Source of the DNA: an uncultured Bacteroidota bacterium
GTDB lineage: Bacteria > CLD3 > SB21 > JBBIRG01
DNA length: 64,000 bases
NCBI GenBank assembly: GCA_964410965.1
Contig: CAYPIY010000006.1
Span: 135,222-199,221 of the forward strand
Direction of reading: 5' to 3'
Shown here: positions 48,139 to 57,850 of the stretch, one piece after another
How positions within the stretch are numbered: the stretch's first letter is position 1
How the letters are laid out: every line of letters begins with the position of its first letter
Program-made: the position numbers and the translations under genes
The notes under the pieces: generated by a model
Database searches by the model: none
Seen by the model: the letters and a program-made list of their open reading frames with translations, nothing else
Told to the model about the DNA's origin: nothing

Positions 48139-51100
48139 TTAATCGAATAATGTAAATCCGAATAATACTGTCAGGTAAAACCGCCACTCTTTTCCGTTCC
48201 TTACGATCTGTGGAGTTTTGACGAGTAAACCGTTCTGTTCCTTGGTAATGATGCCTCCTTCGCTGCTGAAACGGTTGAGCCCGTAAACGGCATCGAATGT
48301 CAAGCGGGTCGGGTAAACATAAAATGAAAAAAATTCCATGCGTACTTCAAAACCGACGTCTTTCCGGAAGCGGTTGATCTGTTTCCAGGATGTTTTGCCG
48401 CTCCACGCATTTCCTGCTCCGAAATAGAGTCCACCGTATATTTTATCAAGATAAAGCATGAGTAACTTCCGGTCGATATTTCGCCAGACCGGGAAGCGGT
48501 ACGTCGTTTTCACAAGCGCCAGCCGGCTGCCTTCGATGCTGTAAAAAGAATATCCGCGCAGGCCGATAAGTCCGCCGCCGAAGAAATTGTAAAAACTGTC
48601 TACTTTGGTCGGAATGATTCCGGCCTGTGTTTCAATTTCCAGCGTGTGGTTTTGAGTGAAAGGGACCGGGAGATACTCGTTCCAGGTCGTTTCGATCCGG
48701 TGATGGTAACCTTTTTTAAACAGCGTTTCCAGTGTCCCGTTGGAAGGATTGAATGCAAAACCGCTCACTAAGTTATCCATGTTATAGCTGTATTTGGTCA
48801 GCCATTTGCGTCCTTTTCTCGGGTTGATTTCAAAATCCACACCGTGGGGCACGTTATTGAACTTCCATTGCAGGGAAAAATCGTTTCCGAAAAAATATTT
48901 AATTCCGCCCGACTTTGTAATTCTGTTCCATGAATCCCCAATAAATTCCTTCCCGCTTATCTTCACAAAATACTCGCTGTGCGCAAAATTCAGGCGAGTG
49001 TCCCGGGGTGCGAACATGCTGAAATCAGTTCCGATGTCCACCTCGCGAAGTTCAAAAATGTTTTTCTGTACCGATTCATATTTCACTCCGCCGGGCTCGT
49101 TATCATTGCTGGGATCTGCGTTGTCGCGGAAGGTTTTTCCACGCGTAACGTTATACACTTCAAGGTACAGCGTCGGTCCGAATCCGCCGTATTCAAAGAT
49201 ACCGAATAAATCACGTTCAAAATCAGGGTAATTCACGAATGCGCCCGCGAAAAAACTGGATTTGGAAAGAACATCGCCGGAATAAAGATAAATACCGGGT
49301 TTCGGTTTTCCGTAATCCCACCGGAGAACCGGCATGAACATGAAATCAAGGAATGTGGTTTTGTAATTCAAGGCGTTGTCCGGTTCGCCCGGATTACGGT
49401 CATCATAGGATTTTTCCGTCAATGGCCACCGCTTCGGGTAATACGTACTAACCAACGTACTGTCAGAGCGATCGTCAACGGGCGTTTTGTAATTGGGATT
49501 AAACACGCGGTAATCGCTCAATCCGGGGTTGATTGCATGAACGGAATCGATAACATTTATCCGGAACAACTGATCGCTGTATAAGGTGTAATGAATTTGC
49601 CCGGCGTTGACGGAAGGATAAAAAGCGCCACCGGTTACGTTGGTCAGTAGTTCCGTAATTTTCGAAAGCGGATTGTATCGGTAGATATTAAAAATGCCCG
49701 TCCGGTCGGATGAAAAATAAATCCACTGTCCGTCCTGATCGTACACGGGTGAACGGTTATCACGGAGCGAACAGATCAGGTAGCTGATTTGCTTGCTTTC
49801 AATATCCAGTTCAGCAATATCGCGTCCATCATGTTGTGAAATATCAAACAGGACCTTCTTACTGGATGGATGAACAACCGGTTTATAAATCTGTTCTCCG
49901 TTTTTAAAATATGTAAGCCGGGACAGTTCTAGACCGGCGCGAATGCATAGCGAATCATTGAAATTCTTATTTATATCATTGAGGGATTCCGGAAGGTTTC
50001 CGACTATAAATAAATTATTTGTGCCGTCATCGTTGACGACAGTGACGATAGAACGGCCGTCGTGCGAAAAGGATGGCGATGCGGCCCGCAAGGTACGCGT
50101 GATGCGGTGTTCTTTATCATCCGGCAAATCATAAATATATATATCGTTGACCTGCGAATTATGCGGATTGTCATGCAGGTTCTTGGAATACATGAGCCAG
50201 CGCCCGTCCGGAGACCAGGAAGCGGAGCCGTCCACTTTTTTGATCCGTTTGATTTCACGGTTCGTCGAACGGTCGATAATGTACAGTGAAGTCTGGCTCA
50301 GATAGTCGTAACCGCGGTTGGAAAGTACTGCGATATGACGTCCGTCGGGAGAAACCGCCGGAAAGAAATTGCCCGTGCCTTCAGCATAAAGCGTTTTTCC
50401 TTCCGAAAGGTTCCGGCGTATCGTTTCGGTTTTGTTTTCATAGACCGAACGGATCTGCTGCAGCCATTCCCGGTATTCCGCATCCACGCTTCGGCCGACG
50501 GCTTTGCGGAAAGCGCGTTCAAAACTGTTCGTAACGGTTTGGCTGTTTCGGCAGATATCATGAAGAACCCGTTCGCCGTATTTCGAGGCCAGATAGGACA
50601 CAAAGGCGTATCCGTGATTGTACGACGATTCGTTGCCGATGCTGTTTTTCCCGAACGTGCTTATCTGGCTGATGGTCAGCATTTCGCCCGAGAGAATCCG
50701 GGAACGCAGGATCATGTCCCGGTGCGAGTCCCAGAATTCATAATCCAGCGATTTTTGCTGATACTGCGCCACTCCTTCGGCGAACCAGATTGGAAGTATC
50801 GTTCCTGCGAACGGATAGGAAGCGATCACATTCGGAAAACCGCGTAGAACATCCTTGCGGCGTTCTTTTTCATATCCGATATACTGAAGATAAAAGGCAG
50901 GAACCTTGCGGCTGAATTTCATCATCGACTGCAGGGAAACCATATGCGTAAATTCATGTGTTACGACATTCCGCAGCCAGTTATGCGTTCCGCGAAGCTC
51001 GAAATCCATACTGCTGGCCCAGATTTCCACCTTGTTGTCGTAATAATAGGCCCCGCCGTTGGAATAATCGTCCGTATCGCGGATGATGAAATGAATGCGC

Positions 51101-51354
51101 TCCGGCTTGTGATCGTACATCGACGTGATGGGTTCGTAAATTTCCTCGGCGATTTTTCCGACAAGGATTGCCGTTCGTTTGGGACCGGAACCGTGAATGA
51201 CGGACGTCTGGTCTTTCCGGTCATGGTAATGAATGTCGAAATGTTCGGTACGGATGGTGTACCACTGAAGTTCCGGATGCGCCCACGATTCGGGCTGAGC
51301 GTAAATTGGAAATGCGGTCAGTAATAACAGAAAAATAAAAAGGATAGGTTTCAT
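48139..51354 (-). CDS. Large secreted protein: N-terminal HExxH (peptidase-MA-like) metallopeptidase domain + TolB-like PD40 beta-propeller + C-terminal beta-barrel-like domain
   Basis: Signal peptide MKPILFIFLLLLTAFPIYAQ. Zinc motif VVTHEFTHMVS. Multiple PD40-like repeats (SPDGRHIAVLS, SWSPDGRWLMYS, SFSHDGRSIV). C-terminal ~350 aa show an alternating aromatic/Gly-rich pattern. Confidence 0.6.
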   Translation of the reverse strand: MKPILFIFLLLLTAFPIYAQPESWAHPELQWYTIRTEHFDIHYHDRKDQTSVIHGSGPKRTAILVGKIAEEIYEPITSMYDHKPERIHFIIRDTDDYSNGGAYYYDNKVEIWASSMDFELRGTHNWLRNVVTHEFTHMVSLQSMMKFSRKVPAFYLQYIGYEKERRKDVLRGFPNVIASYPFAGTILPIWFAEGVAQYQQKSLDYEFWDSHRDMILRSRILSGEMLTISQISTFGKNSIGNESSYNHGYAFVSYLASKYGERVLHDICRNSQTVTNSFERAFRKAVGRSVDAEYREWLQQIRSVYENKTETIRRNLSEGKTLYAEGTGNFFPAVSPDGRHIAVLSNRGYDYLSQTSLYIIDRSTNREIKRIKKVDGSASWSPDGRWLMYSKNLHDNPHNSQVNDIYIYDLPDDKEHRITRTLRAASPSFSHDGRSIVTVVNDDGTNNLFIVGNLPESLNDINKNFNDSLCIRAGLELSRLTYFKNGEQIYKPVVHPSSKKVLFDISQHDGRDIAELDIESKQISYLICSLRDNRSPVYDQDGQWIYFSSDRTGIFNIYRYNPLSKITELLTNVTGGAFYPSVNAGQIHYTLYSDQLFRINVIDSVHAINPGLSDYRVFNPNYKTPVDDRSDSTLVSTYYPKRWPLTEKSYDDRNPGEPDNALNYKTTFLDFMFMPVLRWDYGKPKPGIYLYSGDVLSKSSFFAGAFVNYPDFERDLFGIFEYGGFGPTLYLEVYNVTRGKTFRDNADPSNDNEPGGVKYESVQKNIFELREVDIGTDFSMFAPRDTRLNFAHSEYFVKISGKEFIGDSWNRITKSGGIKYFFGNDFSLQWKFNNVPHGVDFEINPRKGRKWLTKYSYNMDNLVSGFAFNPSNGTLETLFKKGYHHRIETTWNEYLPVPFTQNHTLEIETQAGIIPTKVDSFYNFFGGGLIGLRGYSFYSIEGSRLALVKTTYRFPVWRNIDRKLLMLYLDKIYGGLYFGAGNAWSGKTSWKQINRFRKDVGFEVRMEFFSFYVYPTRLTFDAVYGLNRFSSEGGIITKEQNGLLVKTPQIVRNGKEWRFYLTVLFGFTLFD

Positions 51355-51415
51355 ATTCAATCCTGAGTTAATGAATGGTATCAATCGTTATATGAAACCT
51401 CCTAGCAGGGTGTGT

Positions 51416-51958
51416 TTACGGGCATTTTTTCAGAAGCTGAATAAGATCTTCATCAACGGATAATTCAGGTGATTCAATAAATCGGGCAAACTCCTTATCC
51501 TGGTGCAGAAAAATCAGAGTTGGAACGCGCTTGATGTCATAAGCGACGGCTGTTTTTTCGGGATCAATTTTAGTGCGGTCGACTCCGCGCAGGAAAAGCC
51601 GTATGTTGGGATTGCGACTGAGATCAAAAATTTTCAGGAAAACCGGAATATGTTCCTGCGTATCGCTGCACCAGGTACCAAGGTAAATCTGGACCGAAAT
51701 ATTTTTAGAAAATGAACGGATAAATTGCAGGGTCGAATCGTGAGGCTGACAAAATTCATAATTTTCTTTGAAAACGGGAAATTCCCGGAATAGTTCTTCC
51801 TGATCGATTAGTCCCACCAGCATGGTTCTTCCGTCGATTGTGACAAGATGGCTTCTCTTCACTTCCTTGACTGTGCAGGAAGATATTAGGAAAACTGAAG
51901 AGGCTGTTAAAAGTATTTTTATTAAAGCGGAATCGCATAAATATTTCATCATATTCAA
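51416..51958 (-). CDS. Thioredoxin-fold lipoprotein with monothiol CxxT motif (TlpA/ResA-like fold)
   Basis: Lipobox (FLISSC). The WCSDT motif sits in place of the WCxxC active site. Confidence 0.45.
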   Translation of the reverse strand: MNMMKYLCDSALIKILLTASSVFLISSCTVKEVKRSHLVTIDGRTMLVGLIDQEELFREFPVFKENYEFCQPHDSTLQFIRSFSKNISVQIYLGTWCSDTQEHIPVFLKIFDLSRNPNIRLFLRGVDRTKIDPEKTAVAYDIKRVPTLIFLHQDKEFARFIESPELSVDEDLIQLLKKCP

Positions 51959-52016
51959 TCTGGTTATTTTGAATCTGTGAATCTGTGATTATAGTTTGAA
52001 ATATATCATATTATAA

Positions 52017-52778
52017 TTATTTATTCTTTTTTTCAACCATTTTTACCACCCAGATGCTGGCTTCCCAGAGTATGATGATTGGCATGGCGACTACGGTCAT
52101 AGTTATAATGTCCGTTGTCGGCGTAACAACCGCGGATATTGCCAGTGACGCAATGACTGCATGCCGCCAGTATTTGCGCATAAAGACCGACGATAGCACT
52201 CCGATCTTACTGAGAAAAAAGCTAACGACCGGCAGTTCAAACGTGAGTCCGCTGATGAACATGAATCCGCTGACAAATCCGAGATAGGAATCCAAATCAA
52301 TCATGTTTTCTACGGTGATACCCAGATCGGGATCGATCGAACCCATGGTTAAGAGGAAATTCAGGGAAATGGGAATGATGATCAGGAAAGCAAAAGCGGC
52401 ACCGGCAAGAAAGAACAGAATTGCGATTAAAATGGTTGGGACTGCGTATTTTTTCTCGTTTCTTTTCAATGCCGGCGCTATAAAACGCCATATCTGGAAA
52501 AAGATCACAGGCAGGCTCAGGATAATTCCGCCGATAAGCCCGATCTGGATTTTGACCATCATCAGCCCCTGCACCTGCGTGATGACCGGACGCATCATCT
52601 CGATAGGCGCCTTGATATTTGGAATGATCATCGGCGGATACAAGAGCCATTTGATGATTTCATTGCTGAACGTAAAAGTGACGATCATACAGAGAAGAAC
52701 GCTCAGCAGTGATTTGATCAGCCTGCTTCGCAGTTCATCCAGATGATCCAGGAATGTCATGGATTTATCGTCGGGCAT
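52017..52778 (-). CDS. tatC: Twin-arginine translocase subunit TatC
   Basis: N-terminal (MT)FLDHLDELRSRL block. Six TM helices. 253 aa. Confidence 0.85.
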   Translation of the reverse strand: MPDDKSMTFLDHLDELRSRLIKSLLSVLLCMIVTFTFSNEIIKWLLYPPMIIPNIKAPIEMMRPVITQVQGLMMVKIQIGLIGGIILSLPVIFFQIWRFIAPALKRNEKKYAVPTILIAILFFLAGAAFAFLIIIPISLNFLLTMGSIDPDLGITVENMIDLDSYLGFVSGFMFISGLTFELPVVSFFLSKIGVLSSVFMRKYWRHAVIASLAISAVVTPTTDIITMTVVAMPIIILWEASIWVVKMVEKKNK

Positions 52779-52817
52779 TATCCGGCTTTGCCGTTAGTTG
52801 CGGTTATGACGGATCGC

Positions 52818-53249
52818 CTAAAATAAATTTTCATATTGTTTCGGATCCTCGCTGATTTTCACATGCGTGTCCCAGTAGGAATTCTGGTTCTTCCGGATTT
52901 TCTTTTTCAGAAGGTCAATGCCGAACAGGCGGGAAAAAATTCCGATAAAACTGAAAAAAGAATAGAACATCAGTCCCAGGATCAACTTGGATATGAAAAA
53001 CCCGAGAATGACGCCGATGACGGCGAGCGGATAATAGAACCAGCGAACCGCAGAGCAGAAAATAAATGATAAGACGGCGATAATTAACCCGGCGGCAGGG
53101 ATGTAATACCAGAATGCCTGATCCTTGTACCAAAAGAACCAGCCCACGAGCAGAGTCAGGATAAACAATGCGATCCCGAATTTTCGGATCATCCGGTCCG
53201 TCGAATTGATTTCTTGGATTTCTCTCTGAATGTCTTTTATGAAACTCAT
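52818..53249 (-). CDS. Small two/three-TM membrane protein, SxtJ-like (carbamoyltransferase-associated)
   Basis: 143 aa. N-terminal amphipathic segment, then hydrophobic helices (FGIALFILTLLVGWFFW, GLIIAVLSFIFC, AVIGVILGFFISKLILGLMFYSF). Lies immediately downstream of a NodU/CmcH carbamoyltransferase. Assignment to the SxtJ family is an inference. Confidence 0.4.
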   Translation of the reverse strand: MSFIKDIQREIQEINSTDRMIRKFGIALFILTLLVGWFFWYKDQAFWYYIPAAGLIIAVLSFIFCSAVRWFYYPLAVIGVILGFFISKLILGLMFYSFFSFIGIFSRLFGIDLLKKKIRKNQNSYWDTHVKISEDPKQYENLF

Positions 53250-53261
53250 TTTTTGTTTTCC

Positions 53262-55079
53262 TTAATCAAGTTCAAATTCTTTCATCCATTCTTTATTATC
53301 TTCGATGCTGGGTTGTTCGGTTTTATCCAGCACATAATCGCCCAGTACCAAATAATCGATATGGGTGCGCATGAAACATCGGTAGGCGTCTTCCGGTGTG
53401 CAAACGATCGGTTCACCGCGGACATTAAAAGATGTATTGACAATGACCGGACATCCCGTTTTTTCATAGAACCGGTGAATCACTTCATAATACGGTCCGC
53501 TGATATCTTTATGAACAGTCTGGATACGCGCGGAATAATCAACGTGGGTGATGGCCGGAATCGTTGAGCGCGGAATGTTCAGTTTGTCAATTCCGAAGAG
53601 TTTTTCCTGTTCGGGCGTCATCGGGATTTTTTTATCGGCTTTCACGTCGGCGACGAGGAGCATGTATTTGCTGTTGTAATTCATGTCGAAATAATCGTGC
53701 ATATGTTCCCGCAGAACGCTGGGCGCAAACGGCCGGAACGATTCGCGGAATTTGATCTTAAGGTTCATGATCGACTGCATTTTCACCGAACGGGCGTCGC
53801 CGATGATGCTCCGGGCTCCGAGCGCACGCGGTCCGAATTCCATGCGTCCCTGGAACCAACCGATTACTTTTTCCTGTGTCATGTATTCGGCGATAGCGTC
53901 GATCATTTTATCATGCGGCATTTTCCTGTAAGGGATCTGATGCTTATGGAGGAAAGCTTCAATGTCCTGGTCGCTGAATTCAGGGCCCAGATAGGAACCC
54001 AGCTGCGAATCATCGCTGTTAACAACACGTTCTTTGCCGAGATAATGATGCCATGCCACTAAAGCGGCTCCCAGCGCACTTCCCGCGTCGCCGGCGGCAG
54101 GCTGTATCCATAAATCGTCAAAGATTTTTTCTCTAAGTAATTTCCCGTTAGCTACGCAATTCAGTGCGACGCCGCCGCCCATGCACAGTTTAGTCATGCC
54201 TGTTTCCTTACGGATGTGACGAGCCATACGGAGCACGACTTCTTCGGTGACGTCCTGAACGGAGCGCGCAAGATCCATTTCCCGCTGGGTCAGCCAGGTT
54301 TCCGGTTCACGGGGCGGTCCGCCGAATAATTTATGGAATTTTTCATTGGTCATCGTGAGTCCGGCCGCGTAATTGAAATAGTCCATGTTCAGCCGGAACG
54401 ATCCGTCCTCCTTGAGATCCATCAGATGATCGTAAATCAGTTTGACATATTTGGGTTCGCCGTATGGCGCCAGTCCCATCACTTTATATTCGCCGGAGTT
54501 GACTTTAAATCCGGTATAATACGTGAATGCGGAATACAGCAGACCCAGGGAATGCGGAAAATGCAGTTCCTTGAATATTTTGACATGGTTTCCTTTTCCA
54601 ACGCCGTAACTGGTCGTAGTCCATTCGCCGACGCCGTCAATGGTCAGAAATGCCGCTTCCGGAAACGGAGACTGAAAAAAAGCGGCGGCAGCGTGCGATT
54701 CATGATGTTCCGGATACAGGATTTTTCCTTTGAATTCTTTCAGTTCATTATGAATCAGTTCGGACATCCAAAGCTTACTTTTGATCCAGAGCGGCATGGC
54801 CTTGATGAATGAGTTGATGCCGATGGGAGCGTATGTGAAGTAGGTCCTCAGCAGACGCTCAAATTTAGTTATGGGCTTTTCATAAAAGGCGACATAATCC
54901 AGTTCTTTCTCCGTGATGCCGGCCTGTTTCAGGCAATAATAAACGGCAAGCTTGGGGAACCTGTCATCATGTTTCTTTCTGGAAAAGCGTTCCTCTTGAG
55001 CCGCGGCGATGATCTTTCCGTCACGGATGAGTGCGGCCGCCGAGTCATGATAGAACGCTGATATACCGAGTATGGTCAT
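53262..55079 (-). CDS. Carbamoyltransferase, NodU/CmcH family (Kae1/YgjD-like N-domain + carbamoyltransferase C-domain)
   Basis: MTILGISAFYHDSAAALIRDGKIIAAAQEERFSRKKHD… N-terminal block. 605 aa. Confidence 0.8.
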   Translation of the reverse strand: MTILGISAFYHDSAAALIRDGKIIAAAQEERFSRKKHDDRFPKLAVYYCLKQAGITEKELDYVAFYEKPITKFERLLRTYFTYAPIGINSFIKAMPLWIKSKLWMSELIHNELKEFKGKILYPEHHESHAAAAFFQSPFPEAAFLTIDGVGEWTTTSYGVGKGNHVKIFKELHFPHSLGLLYSAFTYYTGFKVNSGEYKVMGLAPYGEPKYVKLIYDHLMDLKEDGSFRLNMDYFNYAAGLTMTNEKFHKLFGGPPREPETWLTQREMDLARSVQDVTEEVVLRMARHIRKETGMTKLCMGGGVALNCVANGKLLREKIFDDLWIQPAAGDAGSALGAALVAWHHYLGKERVVNSDDSQLGSYLGPEFSDQDIEAFLHKHQIPYRKMPHDKMIDAIAEYMTQEKVIGWFQGRMEFGPRALGARSIIGDARSVKMQSIMNLKIKFRESFRPFAPSVLREHMHDYFDMNYNSKYMLLVADVKADKKIPMTPEQEKLFGIDKLNIPRSTIPAITHVDYSARIQTVHKDISGPYYEVIHRFYEKTGCPVIVNTSFNVRGEPIVCTPEDAYRCFMRTHIDYLVLGDYVLDKTEQPSIEDNKEWMKEFELD

Positions 55080-55182
55080 AAAACAATTCTCCGGATTTTA
55101 TTTATTATGTTATTCATTTTTTCATTTATACAATATAACACATAAAGCGTCATTTCATTTCAGCTATTCATGTATGCCAGTA

Positions 55183-56769
55183 CTATTCATTGAACAGGGT
55201 TCGGCTGAAATAATATTCAATATTCAAAAGGCCGTTAAGCAGTGATTTGTCTTTTTTTAAGTTTCGATGGTTTTTGACATATGCGTAACCGGTTTCAAAT
55301 TTAACATGAAGATCATGCCAATTATGAAAAAGCGCACTGGCATAGATGCCGGCCGTTTCTTCGACCCGTCCGGAAGGAAACGGCAGTTTCACGAATGTTG
55401 GATCCTCAAAATCATGTGACAGCAGGGTGCGTTCGCCCTGTCGTTTGTAATATACCTCTGCGCTGAAAATCCATTTCGGAAGAGGAAAATACTTCCATGA
55501 TAAGCGGATATGATCCATATCATTGGCCGGTGCACCGAGGCCTTTTCCCTGATAGGTATAACTCTGCCACGGCCGTTTTTGTTTGACGTTGTAAGTGTAA
55601 CTGCCGATCCGTTCGTACATAACCGACATTTGTGTGTTATTCAGCAACAAGTCGTTGCCGAGGATACGGTAGGTCATACCGAGCCGATCGGGTGATGTTT
55701 TCCGGTTGGGCGGAGGACTGCCGGCGCCGTCGAGAATAAAATCATCGACCAATATTTGTCCTGAAAAAAGAAAACGCCTGTATGGCACTGAAAAATCAAA
55801 CGCTATATTTTCGTTGGCTTCTTTTTTCTGATTTAGCTGCACTTCGGCGAAAATTGAAAAAGGGTTCAGATAAGCAAGATCAACGGTTTGATTGACACCA
55901 CCGTAAACAATGGATTCCGATAAACCGAAATGCATGCCGTTGTTCAGCTGTATATCGAGCCGATGCGCGGATACATAACGTTTGGCGGTGTTAAAATCCT
56001 CCAGCATGGCAAACAAGGACCGGAACTGGATATTGTTGGTGAGAATGCCCAGTTGGAATTTGTCATAGGTATATGCCTCGGGAGAAATGATTAGGCTCTG
56101 TCCGGCGACCGGCGACCATTCCTCAGCAAACCGTCCTATCGCGCAGTAAAAGGCGTGGTAATCAAAACGGCCGTATCCGTCCTCAAGGCGTGCACCAAGA
56201 CGGCCGGCATTCCGTCCCGTGTAGGTCTTGTCGCGAAGCAATGAGCGGTCTAAGCGCCCGCGTAGTGCGGATGTGAAATGCAGGGTGGAAAAATGAAGCG
56301 CCGGATCGATACGATAATCATCGTATAAACGGTTATTCTCAGTAAATAAAGTATTCGTCAGTTCTGTTCCGGCGTCGGCAAGGACGGAATGGCCTGATTG
56401 CCGCAAAAGTCTGATTTCTTTGCTGAATTCATCCCGAAGGAAATTCACCCATAACAATTCGTTCTTCGATAAAGTTGTATTGCTGTCAAGGCTCATCAGC
56501 GCTGCGGCGACTTCTCCGCGATTATAAGGACGGACGCTGATGTTCAGTTTGGATAGATATCCGCGGGTTTGCAGCAGGGTAATGTATTCGTATGAAGGAT
56601 GTCCCAGATCCAGAAACGGCGTTGCCACATCAAAAGCAGGGTAATGCAGGATTTCCTGTGCTGTCAGACGATGACTTCCAAAGAATTGAATGACCGTAAA
56701 AAAAATCGATATGACAAGAATTAAAATATTTTTCAAATTATTGTTCCGAATCCGTATGACTTTTTTCAT
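55183..56769 (-). CDS. Putative outer-membrane beta-barrel protein (possibly Wzi/capsule-assembly-like) in glycan cluster
   Basis: Signal peptide. ~530 aa. Abundant alternating aromatic strands. Start overlaps the upstream wecA end. Family assignment is tentative. Confidence 0.4.
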   Translation of the reverse strand: MKKVIRIRNNNLKNILILVISIFFTVIQFFGSHRLTAQEILHYPAFDVATPFLDLGHPSYEYITLLQTRGYLSKLNISVRPYNRGEVAAALMSLDSNTTLSKNELLWVNFLRDEFSKEIRLLRQSGHSVLADAGTELTNTLFTENNRLYDDYRIDPALHFSTLHFTSALRGRLDRSLLRDKTYTGRNAGRLGARLEDGYGRFDYHAFYCAIGRFAEEWSPVAGQSLIISPEAYTYDKFQLGILTNNIQFRSLFAMLEDFNTAKRYVSAHRLDIQLNNGMHFGLSESIVYGGVNQTVDLAYLNPFSIFAEVQLNQKKEANENIAFDFSVPYRRFLFSGQILVDDFILDGAGSPPPNRKTSPDRLGMTYRILGNDLLLNNTQMSVMYERIGSYTYNVKQKRPWQSYTYQGKGLGAPANDMDHIRLSWKYFPLPKWIFSAEVYYKRQGERTLLSHDFEDPTFVKLPFPSGRVEETAGIYASALFHNWHDLHVKFETGYAYVKNHRNLKKDKSLLNGLLNIEYYFSRTLFNE

Positions 56770-57835
56770 GGGTTTCGTGTTCTTCATGAAGATCCGCGCT
56801 GTGTTTGAAGGATTGAACCAATTTGATGAAAAGAAATACAAAAAGTAGTACAAAAAACAGAACGCCGATAATAAACGAACTGGACTGACTGAACGCCGAA
56901 AAAAGGAACGCCATTGTACCGAAAAACAGACAAATCACATACAGAAAAATGACGGTTTTCGGATGGCTGTATCCGTATGAAAGTAGAATATGATGGATAT
57001 GCTCGCGGTCGGCAATGAAAATGTGTTTCTTGGCTTTGACGCGGCGGATAATGGCCAGCGCGATATCTGTCAGCGGGTAACCCAGAGCGATCAGGGGAGT
57101 GATAATCGCGAAACTGACGGCTGATTTCTGCGAGCTGATCAGTCCCATCGAGGCGATGACAAGCCCAATGAACATGCTTCCCGTGTCGCCCATGAAAATT
57201 TTGGCTGGATAAAAATTATGCCGCAGAAAACCGAGTATCGCTCCCGTCAAACCCATGCTCAGCAGGGCGACATAGGATTTGTCAAGGTAGATTCCGATGA
57301 GAAATATGGTCATCGCGACGATCATGCCAACGCCCGAAGCCAGACCGTCCAATCCGTCGACAAGATTGATAGCGTTGATAATTCCGACGACCCAGAAAAT
57401 GGTCAGCGGATAATTAAATAAGCCCAGTTCAATGTTGCTCCCGAATGGATTGGCGATCGCTTCGATCTGATATCCGAATAAAATCAGAATGATCCCCGCG
57501 GCAATCTGAAGCAGCAGTTTCCATACGGCCCTGATATTGTAAATGTCGTCAATGATTCCGACAATGACGATAAAAGTAGAAGCGATAAAAAGCCCGAGTA
57601 ACTGCAATTCGCGGTCAACAAATAATTTCGGATAAAAAATAAAAGATACAGCCAGTGATAAAATAAAACCGAGATAAATCGTGATACCGCCCATATTAGG
57701 AATGGCGCGCTTATGGATTTTTCTTGCGTCGGGTTTGTCAACGAATCCCTTCTCGATCAGCCGTTTGCGCAGAACCGGCGTCAGGAAAAAGGAGATGGAC
57801 AATCCGGTCAGAAATATGATAATATAGGCAATCAA
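56738..57835 (-). CDS. wecA: Undecaprenyl-phosphate GlcNAc-1-phosphate transferase (MraY/WecA family)
   Basis: Polytopic. DDxxN motif (DDIYNIRA), NAINLVDGLDGLA and MGDTGSMFIG motifs. Confidence 0.8.
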   Translation of the reverse strand: MIAYIIIFLTGLSISFFLTPVLRKRLIEKGFVDKPDARKIHKRAIPNMGGITIYLGFILSLAVSFIFYPKLFVDRELQLLGLFIASTFIVIVGIIDDIYNIRAVWKLLLQIAAGIILILFGYQIEAIANPFGSNIELGLFNYPLTIFWVVGIINAINLVDGLDGLASGVGMIVAMTIFLIGIYLDKSYVALLSMGLTGAILGFLRHNFYPAKIFMGDTGSMFIGLVIASMGLISSQKSAVSFAIITPLIALGYPLTDIALAIIRRVKAKKHIFIADREHIHHILLSYGYSHPKTVIFLYVICLFFGTMAFLFSAFSQSSSFIIGVLFFVLLFVFLFIKLVQSFKHSADLHEEHETHEKSHTDSEQ

Positions 57836-57850
57836 TATATCCTCATGGCA

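Noticed and set aside
50335-51324. Two + strand ORFs (170 aa and 126 aa) antisense to the large HExxH/PD40 protein gene
   Set aside because: Embedded in a long, motif-rich coding region on the opposite strand. Arg/Gly-rich translations typical of GC-skewed antisense frames.
52818-53249. Possibility that the SxtJ-like gene marks a saxitoxin (paralytic shellfish toxin) cluster
   Set aside because: No sxtA polyketide-like synthase, amidinotransferase or other sxt core genes are present. The context is a wecA/wecB polysaccharide locus, so the carbamoyltransferases most plausibly act on a glycan.
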